A stretch of DNA of 64,000 nt, taken from the NCBI GenBank assembly GCA_951406725.2, contig OX597830.1, positions 70,742,001 through 70,806,000 on the forward strand. Direction: 5' to 3'. Position 1 is the first letter of the stretch. The number at the start of each line of letters is the position of its first letter. Below, piece after piece: positions 28,003 through 43,340 of the stretch. The translations under genes and the position numbers were made by a program. The stretch is from Octopus vulgaris. Its lineage: Eukaryota. Under the pieces are notes generated by a model. The model ran no database searches, was not told the DNA's origin, and was given only the letters and a program-made list of their open reading frames with translations.

Positions 28003-28404
28003 AACTAGAAAAGCACTCGGAGAGCGCAGACCTCCGCCAAGCAGCTCATTTTAAGATAGATACGCAAGTAAAATTACTAATAGAGAAACGAAAATAAACT
28101 TTGGAAACAGCAACGCCACCATAGGTTACGTGGAAACGATGAACGTGTTTTCAAGGGAGATAATCAAAGAACGTACCATTGTAGTACTTCATGTAAAGTA
28201 AATATAACAAATGAAAAATCCTTCAAGAATCCATAAAAATACCCGGATTGCTACAAAACTTTCATCATCAGTTCCGTGTGTCGTTACCAATTCTTCCTGC
28301 AAGTTTCATCAAATACCGTTCACAACTTTTTGAGTTATTTTGCACACAGATGGAGAAACCAACGTCGATGAAAACATAACCTCCTTCCTTGGCGGAGGTA
28401 ATAA
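28003..28404. mobile_element. Helentron-associated non-autonomous element (HINE/DINE-1-like)
   Basis: Asymmetric subterminal inverted repeat ACCTCCGCCAAG (28030) / CTTGGCGGAGGT (28388). Confidence 0.7.
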
Positions 28405-28809
28405 ATTTGGAAAAAATGAGAAAAATTAAGCAAATATATTTTCATGTACTCTGTTACAATTTAATATCGAAAGCGCAAATTTACGACATAAACAGGATTA
28501 ACAGGAAGAACAAGAATAATGACTACACCAGCAGCAGCAGTAGTAACCACAATATCAGCAACGAATGCACATATTTCAGTCGAAGAGAGTAGAAGAAAAA
28601 TGTAATTTCAACTTCGAGTACGTTGCGTGCAACAAGATTTTGAACCTAGTCAACAAAGATAAAATTTGGTTGGCGAAGATTTTTAACCAAAATGGGTACC
28701 TTTTTGCTCGTGCCCTCCAATGATAAAATAGTTATAGTGTGGGTAGATAATGTCTCTACATGGAAGAGTTAGAGAATAGCATGAGTAATTTTTAAGAGTG
28801 CAGAGGAAT

Positions 28810-29016
28810 AAAGAAGCAAGCCGAGTTGGTGTACCACATAACTGCGTACCAAACACTAAGAGGTAAACCTTTTGTAACAGTTCAGCTGGACACTATTCCA
28901 ATTTCCTTTATATTCCTCTTGACGCCTTCTGATACTGTTCTCAAGGATCCAACAATAGTTGGCACTATCTTCACCATCTTCATTTTTCATAGCCGGGCTA
29001 TTTCGTACTAGGGTTG

Positions 29017-29103
<87 letters not shown>

Positions 29104-29368
29104 TCGCCTTCCTTCTTGACTATTCGTGGGTCAAAGGGACTTGCAACGTCAACTATATAGCATATGTGGTGCACCTTGTCCACCGCCACAAGTTCCGGTC
29201 TGTTATGCACCCGATCTGTTTGGATTGGGAAAACCTAGAGGATTTCACTAGCCTCCGACTCCGCCACTCTGTGGTTTGTGCTCATATTTCGTCTTGCCTC
29301 TCTCTAGCCCCCACTTTTCTAATGTAGCACTTTCGCTACCTGGTCCTGTTGCCACAACTTGCAGTGGT
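28810..29368 (-). pseudogene. R4/Dong-like non-LTR retrotransposon, RLE-domain 3' fragment
   Basis: Decayed translation QDQVAKVLH* ... IL*VFPIQTDRVHNRPELVAVDK ... VDVASPFD ... KEGEK ... EIARL* ... VPTIVGSLRTV ... LLQK. Confidence 0.85.
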
Positions 29369-29871
29369 TTTGGGCAACATTAGTTCGTGATAAGGGCAAT
29401 TATTATTGTTATTGTTGTTTTTGCAACTATTATTATTACTATTATTATTGTTGTTGTTGTTGTTATTGTTGTTGTTGTTGTTGCTGTTGTTGTTGTTGTT
29501 AATGTTATTGTTGTTGTTGTTGTTGCTGTTGTTGTTGTTGTTAATGTTGTTGTTGTTGTTGTTGTTATTGTTGCTGTTCTTTCAATTTTCAATACTCATT
29601 GCCGAGTGTCTTCCCGCTACCTAGGGTATAAAAACTCACTGTGTACGTTGGTAGGCCATGAAAATAAACAAACCGGATTGTTTCTTCATTTACAATGTCA
29701 GGGTATGTGATAGAAAAAAAAGGGGGGGGGGAGAAAGAAAAGAATGGGGAAATGGAAAGAAAATTCACAACGACAATGTTTTTCTCAATATATGTAATGT
29801 ACCAGCAAAAATAATCATGTGCACTTCTTGCATGGATGTAAGCCGGAGATCATTCTCAAATTATTTCCAGA

Positions 29872-30095
29872 ACGCGGCGAGATGGCTGAATCGTTAGAAC
29901 GCCGGGCAAAACGCTGCTAAGCATTTTATCCGTCTTTATGTTCTGAGTTCAAATTCTGCCGAGGTCGACTTTGCCTTTCATCCCTTTGGGGTCTGCAAAA
30001 TAAGTACCAGTTGAGCACTGAGGTCGATGTTATTGACTAGCGCTTACCTCCAAAACTCCAGGCCTTGTGCCAATAGTAGAAAGGATTATTATTGT
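29872..30095 (+). mobile_element. Family D SINE
   Basis: GCGGCGAGATGGCTGAATCG head; ends GAAAGGATTATTATT. Confidence 0.85.
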
Positions 30096-30822
30096 TATTA
30101 TTGTTACCTGAGGTTGAATATATCCACATGTATATTTTCCTTTTTTAACAAACCACACTACATTTTGCATCATATATTATACCACATCATTACAATATTT
30201 ATACCTATAAATTTTTAGAGTCTATTTCTATTTTCTTGCCTTTTTAAAACCACAATTATTTATCATGTCTACAATATATTTGCCTGACATATTTAGAAAG
30301 CTTGTTCCTTTTACCAAGCAACAAGAACAACATAAACAAAAAAGAAGGAAAGGGGAAACGAATAAGAACAAACAATATGTAACCTACGAGAAAAAAATAA
30401 AAGCTTAATAGAGAATTTCACGTATCTGGTGTTGTTTAGTTGAAGAACGAGCCATTCTCAAGAAGCTTCGTTCATAAAAACAGAGCAAATAAAAAAAAAA
30501 GCCCCAATGAGAAAAGGCAATTGGTTTTTGTGAAAGATTTACGCCCAAGCCCTTCATATTGTGTGCGTTAAAATATCTTATATATTTTAATCTTGGTGAC
30601 AGGGCTTGTTGTATCATGGCCTGGAAATGGAATATGGTAAAGGGATATAAAATAATAGTGTATATGGATGTATGTGAGTGTGAATGTGTGTGTGTGTATA
30701 CACACACATACACAAAAACACACATATTTATACATACATATGTACATAAAAATATACGGAAGTATGTGTGTGTGTATCTATATATATAGACACAGGTATA
30801 CACTATATATACATATATATGT

Positions 30823-30976
<154 letters not shown>

Positions 30977-31335
30977 GTATGTATGTATGTATGAGTGTAT
31001 GTATGTGTGAGTGTGTGTGTGCATATATGCAAGCGTGTGTGTGTATATACTTATATACATCTATATTCATGTTTACTATGGGATAAGCAAGTGATGGCCT
31101 TGCTGCTGCTGCTGCTGCAGCATATCTGTCTGGTGGGCGTCGTAAATCAGGATTTATTAACAACTTTGCTATTATAATTTGCCATTGTGTTATAGCACAA
31201 AAGCAAAGCAAAATAATATCATTATAATTGCACCAGAAAAGTGTTCACAGACACGGTTGCGCACATAGGCACATATAATCAAATACACCCATAACTTTGG
31301 ATGTATGTATATATATATATATATGTGTGTGTATG

Positions 31336-31371
<36 letters not shown>

Positions 31372-31509
31372 TGTGTGTGTGTATGTATGTATATATGTAT
31401 GTGTATATATATATATATATATTTGCGTGTGTGGATTTGTATGTATGTATATATGTATGCATGTATGTATGTGTTTGTGCGTGTGCATATATTTATATAT
31501 ATATATGTG

Positions 31510-31568
<59 letters not shown>

Positions 31569-31571
31569 ATG

Positions 31572-31620
<49 letters not shown>

Positions 31621-31643
31621 CTTTATATAAACTCATGTATATG

Positions 31644-31683
<40 letters not shown>

Positions 31684-32173
31684 TGTGTCTGTTTGTGTGT
31701 GTATAGGCTATAGAGTGTAGTTGTGTCTTTATAGGTTATACAATGTAATTGTGTGTTTATGCGAGATATTGCTTGCTATATGAATAACCTGTGTACTCAA
31801 TCTTATCGCATATTTGTTATATTTATGCTGATCCTGTTTTCGCCATATGCTTTTAGTTTCTGTCAACGAAATATTTTTTATAAACTCACCGACATTTTGT
31901 ATCTCACTGCAGTAAGGTATGCTCAGCTATATACATGTACAAGATGTACAACATTTGAGGCACTGTTTTGCTGTTAAAATAGTGTATACATACATACATA
32001 CATACATACATACATACATACATACATACACACACGTGTGTGTTTATGCATGCGTGTGTCATATATGAATATGCATATATGTGTATATACGTTTATATAT
32101 TTATATGTGTGTGTGTGTATACATATATATATATATATGTGCGTGTGTGTATGCATGTATGTGTGGATGTGTA

Positions 32174-32305
32174 AAGGTGTGTGGCTTAGTGGTTAGGGTA
32201 TTCGGTTCACGATCGTGAGGTCGTGAGTTCAATTTCCGGCGGCGCATTGTGTCCTTGAGCAAGACACATTATTTCACGTTGCTTCAGTCCACTCAGTGGT
32301 GTGCT

Positions 32306-32351
<46 letters not shown>

Positions 32352-32526
32352 GGTGTGGCTGTGTGGTAAGAAGCTTGCTTCCCAACCACATGATTCCGGA
32401 TTCAGTCCGCAAAAGGGGACGATAATATATGTACTAGGCTTATAAAAATAAGTCCCTGGGTCGATTTTTATCACTAAAGGCAGTGCTCCAGCATGACTGC
32501 AGTCAAATGACTGAAGCAAATAAAAG
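32174..32526 (+). mobile_element. Partial family C SINE plus internally deleted family A SINE
   Basis: C head 32174-32298; A head and tail 32350-32526. Confidence 0.7.
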
Positions 32527-32582
32527 AACACATACACACATACACACACATGCATATGTATATATATATATATATATATATA

Positions 32583-33000
32583 TTGGAGATGTACTCGCAT
32601 AGCAAGTAATTTGATCTGAGATCCTGTGCTGAAACGAAAACAATTGCAGCGTGGAAGGTGTTTATAAGCCATTTAAGAAACACACAAAAGCCGTTCGATT
32701 CACTTCAACATTTAAGTTTAATTTGTCAAAATATTTTCGTCGCTAAAATCCGCGACCTGTTCACTGACAAAAATCCGTGCTGCATCACGGATCCGTGCTG
32801 AGATGCAGCACGGATTTTTGTCAGTGAACAGGTCGCGGATTTTAGCGACGAAAATATTTTGACAAATTAAACTTAAATGTCGAAGTGAATCGAACGGCTT
32901 TTGTGTGTTTCTTAAATGGCTTATAAACACCTTCCACGCTGCAATTGTTTTCGTTTCAGCACAGGATCTCAGATCAAATTACTTGCTATGCGAGTACATC

Positions 33001-33005
<5 letters not shown>
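32583..33005. repeat. Fold-back palindrome, 204-bp arms, 15-nt spacer, inside (TA)n
   Basis: 32583-32786 versus 32802-33005, 1 mismatch seen. Confidence 0.97.
32817..32866 (+). ncRNA. Minimal type I hammerhead motif (G3:C8 core); mirror copy on minus strand at 32722-32771
   Basis: tttgtca-GTGAACA-g-gtcgc[8]gcgac-GAAA-atat-TT-tgacaaa. Confidence 0.7.
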
Positions 33006-33037
<32 letters not shown>

Positions 33038-33049
33038 GAGATATAATTG

Positions 33050-33098
<49 letters not shown>

Positions 33099-34261
33099 GA
33101 GAGAAGGAGAGAGAGAGAGGGAGGGAGGGAGAGAGAGATATGGACTTAAATTTGAAACAGTGGAAGCAACCTGTTTACAGTTTGTAGCTCTCCTTTGACT
33201 AAACAAATAATAGTTCATGGTCTGCATACAGAACAGCGAGAATTCATACAGTAGAGTATCCATTTTCAATATATTATTTTTAAGCTTCCTTAGTACTTGA
33301 AACTACGTACTATTTGCAAAGACATGACTTCAATATACGGAATTTTATTAACGCATCTAAACTGGAGTGGCAAAGAATCGCGTCCTCTCTAAACGCATCC
33401 CTTCTAAACGGGAGTGACGAGCAGCTAAATCCTTCGCACTCGGTTCAAACAGTGGACCTAGTAATGATGATTTTTTCCCGACGAAAACATTCCATTAGTA
33501 TAGCTTCCACTGCATCCTATTGACTAACTCAATTCTTATGGCTAGAAGGTATTTCAGCTACTAACAAGTGTTGGCACTCTAGGGACAACAGCCTACAATA
33601 TATCGGATAAAAAATAACCTATTAACAGAAAACACTATGTCTTGATCCAAACCAGGTGACCGCTGTATACCAATGGTGTGTCTATATTTTACAAATATTT
33701 ATTGATATGTGCACATACGCGTGTGATCTAGATCTAATCTACGACGTCTTTAAAATTGTTTCATGTTAGCCAACGAAGTCACTTGAGGTGTTCGTACTAA
33801 AAACAGTAACCAAATGCCTCACATTTTACTCCATAAAGAGACATATTATATACTATAGTATAGGGGTACCCAATGCTTGAAAAACACGGAATTTTCTGAA
33901 CGAGAATGTCTTTGAACATGAGTCTGATTTATTAGGGATTGACCGAGGGCTAAACTACGCAACAGTAGCGTTAACAAAATTCTTTAAAAACTTTTAGTCA
34001 AATCATTGACTTCCATTTAATTCTCACTTTTGCGAATAATTTGTCGTAGTTTAGCGTGATCTTGTGCAGATAAGCGTTGTCCAAAGAATCAGCATGGCAA
34101 CAGAACCAGATTACCAAATTGGTATTTATCAAATGCTATAATATCAATTTGCTAACAATCCGTCCATTACAAAATTTCATTGCTGGTTTTCTGAAATTAA
34201 TTAATGGAAGGCCTTACAGTTCCTTCCTTCTTTATCTATCTCTCTATCTCTCTTTCTTTCT

Positions 34262-34296
<35 letters not shown>

Positions 34297-34303
34297 ATAT
34301 ACA

Positions 34304-34484
<181 letters not shown>

Positions 34485-34997
34485 TTTATCGATCTGTCAA
34501 ACGTTATTTACCCAGTTACGATGTGTGGTTCATTGATTGCTTAAGTGTTCAAGTATTTCAGATTAATGAACTCTAACCGTTTCTGGTCTGATATCCCACT
34601 TGACCAGTGTGGTGGTGCAAGCTGTGGCTGTAGTGGCGGCTCCAGTGTCATTTGTTGAATGAAGGATGTTGAAAATGGAAAACGCTTAATTGAATGAGAA
34701 GTATTGAAAGTGATATCGGTGAAGAAGAGTTGTAGTTGCTTAGCCCCAGGTCTGCACGGACTGACAAGACCTATCCCGATTCTCATATATCTTCCAGTAA
34801 TGATTACCTTGTCTTTTATGCAGTCATTTTATCTAGGACAACTACAGGGTAGAAATTGAGTAGACACTTGGCTTGTGTTTCTAGCAGATCAAGTGACTAT
34901 ATACAATTTTTCTTTTTGTAATAAAGGATTTTCTTATCGTGATGAGTATATTGCCAGTATTTTTATATATATTTTTTATACACACACAGACACACAC

Positions 34998-35039
<42 letters not shown>

Positions 35040-35227
35040 GATGTATAAATATATGTATGACTATATATATATGTATATATATGTATAGCCGAAATTGCGA
35101 GGATGACACGGTTCTTGACTGAAGATTAGAGGCTTCGAATGACCCGTCCGCTTTCGTATCGTCTATTTGAATGTTTTGCGTTCTTGTCACATTTTGTATT
35201 TTTATATATATTTTTTATACACACACA

Positions 35228-35361
<134 letters not shown>

Positions 35362-35458
35362 GTGTGTGTATAAAATATATATAAAAATACAAACACACAC
35401 ACACACACTAACAGTCACCGTGTCATCCTCGTCTATACATATATATACATATATATAT

Positions 35459-35528
<70 letters not shown>

Positions 35529-35727
35529 GGGAATAAATCCAAACTTACAGGGAAAAATCAGATTTAGGATTGAATCCAATTTTATAGTAAAATATTATAT
35601 TATATTAAATTAGAGATAAAACCACTATTAGGCAAATCATACAATGAAAAACTTAAGCCAATACATAAGATTAATTAATTTATATTATTTTAAATATATA
35701 TCAAATTATTAAAAAAAATGAACATAT

Positions 35728-35815
<88 letters not shown>

Positions 35816-36327
35816 CGCGGGCGTGTCTCCTCAAGCATGTAATCTTGGATTCAGCTCCATTGAGTGACCATAAGCAAGTGTCTTCCAATTTAGCCTCTAG
35901 CATCTAGCCGATGAAAGCTTTGTCAATGGATTTCGTTGACGGAAACTGAAAGAAACCCGTTGTGTACATATTGGCGTGCACGCACGCACAGGTATATGTA
36001 TGTGCATGTGCTTATGTTTGTGTTTGTGTTTGCGAACTTGAGAGAATTCATAGTTCTAAGTAATTAATAAAAGCTTATGCTAATTAACAATAAAATAAAA
36101 TGAACATATACAAAAAATATAGCAATAAGCATATTCTACGTTGTTTCATTCTTTTGCTTGTCTCAGTCATTGGATTGCGGCCATGATGGGGGGGAACATA
36201 TACTCCACAGAAACCGGGTAACCAGGCACATGAGCCCGGTTAGGCTTGAAAATGGCGCATAAAAAATAAAAAGTGCTTTTACTGAGAATACAAGTTACTT
36301 CTATAAATCAGTATGATATCATCGTTG

Positions 36328-36625
36328 GGATGGCTGAGTGGTAAGGAGTTTGCTTCCCAACTACATGATTCCAGGTTCAGTTCCATTGTGTAGTAGCTTG
36401 AGGAAGTGTGTTTTAATTTAGCCCCGAAAAAGATGCTTTCTGAGTGCGTTTGGTAAACAGAAAGGTGAAGATCCATCGTATGCATGCGTGCATGCATATG
36501 TGTATGTATGTATGTGTGTGTCTTTGTGTTTGTCTTTCACCACCACATGACGGACAGTTTTGGTTTGTTTACATCCAGCGGTTTACGTAACGGCGGATCG
36601 ACAAGAAGTGACCGACAGAATAAAA
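36328..36625 (+). mobile_element. Diverged family A SINE
   Basis: GGATGGCTGAGTGGTAAG head and recognisable body. Confidence 0.7.
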
Positions 36626-36636
36626 AAAAAAAAAAT

Positions 36637-36884
36637 GTTCCTTCTCGAGCCATGCCAGGCTCATAAGGGCCGGTTTCCTGGTTTCAGTGGCGTAGAAATT
36701 CCCCACCTGGACGGGACGCCAGTCCGTCACAGGATTACTCATTTTTGCCAGCTGAGTGGACTGGAGCAACGTGAAAATGAAGTGTTTTGCTCAAGAACAC
36801 AACGCATTGCCCGGTCCAGGAATCAAAACCATAACCTTACGGTCATGAGTTCAACACCCAAACCACTAAGCCACGCGCCTCCAC
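36637..36884 (-). mobile_element. Family C SINE
   Basis: Homologous to 6466-6716. Confidence 0.85.
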
Positions 36885-37603
36885 ACAGAACAAATACCTT
36901 GCTTTAAAAATATAATTACTGGGATTGAGTTCTTCGACTAAAGTCATTCAACGCGGTGCCTCAAGCGTGGCTGCCGTCCAGTCACTAAACCAATTAAAAG
37001 ACGAAAGTAAAAAGGTAAATGACGTCAACACATCTATAATCACAACGGATAACATAAGCTCAAGAAAAGAAGGTAAATATATAATTCGCTCTAGCTTGAT
37101 CCACTAGAAATAGCAGCAAAACCTTTCGTAAGTCTTACATCTATAATCTGTAAAAAAAACATAAACATAAATAAATAAACAACGGAAAAAAATAATGAAA
37201 ATGGAAAGCTATGACGTACAATGTAGTCTTAAGATGCAATGTGTCTGAAAATAGAAGACATTTTGGTTACGGCTGAGCTCAGCGCTGTCTGAAAATGTGA
37301 TAAACACAACAGCATATCTATCGCCAGCCAAATATGAGCACCAACATCTCCACCATTGCAACCATCATCAGCAGCAGCACGGCCACCACTGCGAGCACCA
37401 GCATTCTATAACTCCACGACAACCACTACCACCCCATCACACACAGTTTCTAACATTTCTACATTTCTTCCCACTAACACACTTATATATGTCACTGATT
37501 CACCAAAACAATACGTTACAGTTTTAACCAATCAATTATCTTCTATCTCTAGAAATTGAGCACTGGACCGTGCTTGCGCGTACGCTGGGAGGATTTTGCA
37601 TTA

Positions 37604-37706
<103 letters not shown>

Positions 37707-37753
37707 TTATCTGTCTGCTTGTCTGCCTAATATGTGTGTACATATGCAAGTAT

Positions 37754-37846
<93 letters not shown>

Positions 37847-37897
37847 TAGATAAATGAAAGAATGGAGTCGAACGGCGATTTAACAAAATTCCTTTAT

Positions 37898-37978
37898 TCT
37901 CGACATATGTTTCGAAGACTGCATATTCCTAATTCCGAAGGAATAAAGGGTGCATTTTGCCGTCTTCTCATCAGGAAA
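37898..37978 (-). ncRNA. Type I hammerhead motif with canonical core and extended stem II
   Basis: tttc-CTGATGA-gaagac[long]gtcttc-GAAA-catatg-TC-gaga; GUC cleavage triplet. Confidence 0.75.
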
Positions 37979-38036
37979 GACAAGGAACTTATGTCAGCAT
38001 CATGACGAACAAAAACTTTTAGATGACTGTCCACAG

Positions 38037-38106
<70 letters not shown>

Positions 38107-38268
38107 TATATATATATATATAAATCAATAAATGGTGGAGTTGTGTTGACCGCACGTGGAGAAATGATAGGTGAGGAAAAATTATAAAAAGGCAGAATGA
38201 TAAGTTGAAGGTAAATTTTAATAAAAAATGGGTGTATGGAAAATTAAAAAAATATATAGAAAAATATT

Positions 38269-38310
38269 AACTCTAACCGGTTTTCATCTCAAAGCAAATT
38301 TTCAAGAATT
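38269..38310 (-). ncRNA. Degenerate minimal hammerhead motif (U3:A8 core)
   Basis: aattc-TTGAAAA-[weak stem II]-GAAA-accggt-TA-gagtt. Confidence 0.45.
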
Positions 38311-38556
38311 GAAAGGTGACAAGAAATTTTTTTTAAATTGAGGAAGGGGAAAAAAAAATTTTCAATGTTTTTTTCAAAAAAATAATAATAAACATACACA
38401 AAAATTTTTAAATAAGTATACCGATATTTTGTAGAGTCTTTATGTTTTTTGTGTTCAATGATAGTCCTTGGAAAAATTTCCTTGGAGGATTAAGATCCAT
38501 GTGATTAAATGTGGTGCTTAGTTTAGCGTGTTTGTTATCTATCTATTTATCTATCT

Positions 38557-39299
<743 letters not shown>

Positions 39300-39519
39300 A
39301 ATGTGTGTATGGTGTCTGTCTGTGTGTGTGTGTCCGCAACTATGTATGTATACATATAATATACTTCTTTTCTTGCAGTCATAATAATTTTATAAACTTT
39401 CGAGATAAGGTGAACTAAATCTTTTTTGGAATATTTCGAAGCACACAATTACTCATATATATATATAAGTGAGACTTATCCTTTGGTTCCGTTCTTATAA
39501 CTGTTTTGCTAATCCAGTA

Positions 39520-39880
39520 ACAACAATACAAAGTATATAGTGCTTAAAACAGTTTTTGTGCATTTACAGAGAATACCGAAATGTCTTACATAGGATCTTG
39601 CTTTTAGGAATTCCCAATAAGTTATGAATACTCGAATTATGTAATAACATGAATTTAGTTACCCGATAGTAAGAATTCAAATAAAGTAGCCCCGAAAAAG
39701 ACTTTAATACATTCCCAGAGTATATAGAACATAAAAGGAAATACTAATAAGGTATGTCTACTAAAATCCTGAAGAATGTTACGTAATAACAGGTTAATCA
39801 GATATGAAATAATAACAATTCAAAGTAGATAACTCTGAAAAGGACTTTTGTGCGTTCTCAGAGAATATTACCCTAGTGTT
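39520..39880. repeat. Degenerate ~140-150 bp tandem repeat
   Basis: AAAGTA...AAAA.GACTTT..T.C.TT..CAGAG.ATA-like blocks near 39531, 39683 and 39822. Confidence 0.5.
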
Positions 39881-40271
39881 GGTATATTCGTGAATAAGTC
39901 ACGATACGAAATAAGCAGATCTATTGTTTAGGAATATACTATTTACTTGTTTAAGGGTTGTCCTGGATAAATTCCGAAAATAACTCTAACAGCACAAATA
40001 CTAAGAAATAAGCATACTCAATTTGATTTATACCAAATAATTTAGGAAAATGAATGGACTATTTCCCTTGGCTATATATAAAGATCCCGTCCAGGGTTCT
40101 TGTGATTGAATCTTTCAACAATGTGTGTATGCCATGTGGTTCCAGACACAAGTTCCACTCACGTGTCAAGTTTCATCAAAATCGATAAAACGATGTAGGA
40201 GTAGTTAGATTACAACTCCACAAACGCACCCACTGACAGAATTTCCCACATATGTAGTAAATATATGAGTG

Positions 40272-40306
<35 letters not shown>

Positions 40307-40961
40307 CAGCCTTGAAGTTGCCCTTCGGATGGCATTCAGGTGGTTCATGCGGAGGACACCTTTGAGGCCTTTGACCCCATTATCGGGTGCCTCGCAGTTC
40401 CCTACACTTGTGCACTGAAACTTATTTCTGCAAATGTGCTAAGCACTGATACTGATCATAGTTTAATCAATAAGAGTAGGAGGGGGGTCACTGGGGCCTC
40501 ATTTAAGCGGCCCTTTAGAAATTGAACCTCCTTACAATACTCCTTGAGAGTTCATACTATGAAATTCATTGTCATTACTCCGATCTAGTCGCTAATGCCA
40601 TGTATTTAGTTTAAGATGCAGTAAAAGTAGGTGGGTTACTGGGACTCCAATTAGGCGACCCTTAAAAAAATAAAGCCTCTTATGGCATTCCCTGGGATTA
40701 TGGGAGTTGCTCGTTTGAGTCTCATTGTCCTTATAACAACGATGTAGGAGGGATTAACGAACATATAAAACGTAACGGACAGAGAAACATCACTCAAATT
40801 TATATTAATATATATATATATATACATGTGTGTGTGTGTGTATACTAATGCATGTGTGTATGTATTGTGTGTATATATCTCTGTACATGTATATGAATAT
40901 TTATATTTCTATAAAAATAAACATACATGACTGTCTGTTTGTCTATCTATCAATCAATTTG

Positions 40962-41028
<67 letters not shown>

Positions 41029-41202
41029 ATCTATCTATCTATCTATCTGTATATATAAAATAAATATATACATATTATATTATATTATTTATATGATAAT
41101 AAGATAATCCCAGAAGCACCAATGTACATATATATACATTTTTAGGACGTGTATGTGCAAAATAGCACGGTATATAAGATGTCTTCCTCACACACAAACA
41201 TG

Positions 41203-41249
<47 letters not shown>

Positions 41250-41585
41250 ACACAGAAAGAGGAGAGGCAGAGTAAGCGAGGTAGTGGGAATAGGGAAGAC
41301 AGTGGAGGTTGAATAAGTAGTCAGGTGTTGAGTAATATCGTTGCCAGAACTCAAAACAGATGCACCGTGTTACAACTATTTATCTCATGCATGACCAGTT
41401 TCTATTATTTCATTTCAGTTAGCATTCGAATATTCACTGAAACCTCTTACTTGCATACAGAATATATTAGGTTCAATCATGCGTACAAATGTATGTAGAA
41501 TGCATGCATACATATATGTGCGTATGCGTGCGTTTGCATGTATATATGTATGTTTATAAATATCTATATTCATACACATACACGT

Positions 41586-41618
<33 letters not shown>

Positions 41619-42859
41619 CACGTACACACGCATATATATATATATATATAAGTGTATATCTATATGTGTGTGTGCGTGTATGTGTATGTGTGCGTGTATG
41701 TGTGTGAGCGTGTGGGTATGTGTGTATTCATATATATGTATCAATTTATATATGTGTTTGGATGTGTGTATACTCACATTCACACACACATCTCTCGCTC
41801 TTATATATATACGTCCTGTTTTTGTCACATCTTTTTCCTTGTTTTTACCCCTCTGCAAAGGAATTTTAAATAATTCTTTCGCAGGAAGGACTAGTTCGAC
41901 GAGACGTGTTCTGTCCTCACCTTCGAAACACGCTGGAGTTGAACTATGGACAGCTGATGAAGGGGATTTTTCCTTGTGTAGTTGTCTTGTACTCTGCTTT
42001 TTCGTTGTTAAAAAAATGGTCCATTCCATGTTGTTTTTACGTTTTCGTTTCTCGTTGAGTTCTACGTCTATTTTTGGTGTCCTGTACACACGTATATATA
42101 TTTATATATGAATGTATATATACATGTAGATGTAGGTACGTACATATATGTATGTATGTATGCATATATTTTATTTATTACACTATTGTATGACTGAGCG
42201 CCTTCGCGTCGATTCGATTCGTTTGGTACGTTTCGTTTCTTCTTCTCTAAGCTGTTATATATATATATATATATGCATATACATATACATATATATATAT
42301 GTACATATATACATACATACATATATTTCTCACTGTGTGTGTATGTGTAATTATACGTACACCTTTATGTTTCTCTGTATATTCTAAAAAACTATGCCTT
42401 ATCTCCATTTTTTACTTTAATTTTCTTATTCTTATTTTCTTTCTCCTCTTTTTTTCTTTTACTCCAGATTTCCGCTTCACTATTTCTTAGTTATCCTCAT
42501 AGTTTCCATATTTTACCTGATCTAACTATATTTTTTTCTCCTTCACATTGTCTTACGCACTCTTTTAGAAGTATCAGTACATGGGACCCTTTCACTTTTT
42601 TAAAAGCCAAATCTTGTATCTGAGTGTGACTAATGTCTGTCTAAATATAGACAGATGCATTTTCTGTTCGCATGGTTACATTAGATTAGGTACGCATGTG
42701 CACATATATGTGTGTACATGCATGTATATGTGTCTTTGTGAAGCTGTATGTGTACGTATATAGTATATATACATATGCATATGTCCATTTATACGCATAT
42801 ATATCTCCGTTTGTGTTTGGTGTGAATGCATATTTTCATATTAATACGTGTTCGTTTCT

Positions 42860-42930
<71 letters not shown>

Positions 42931-43259
42931 TTAAGTATAAGAACATAGAGTACTTATATGTGTGTATGTATAAATTTCTTTGTATATAAACGTATATTTT
43001 TTGCAGATATACTTGTATATATGTCTGTACATATGTATGTGTTTGTGCACAAGAGTTGGCACGCTTGCATATTCTTTATATATGTGTTCGAGTGGGTGTG
43101 TATTTCATGCATATGTTTAATAATGTACATTTGGCGCGTCTTTTGAACCACGTGTAGCACTTAGCTAGCTATAGCATTCTTTTCATTCGCAGCCATACAC
43201 CCACCCACATATATATTTGTGTGTGTGTATATATATGTGTGTGTGTGTGTATGTATATA

Positions 43260-43292
<33 letters not shown>

Positions 43293-43295
43293 ATA

Positions 43296-43337
<42 letters not shown>

Positions 43338-43340
<3 letters not shown>

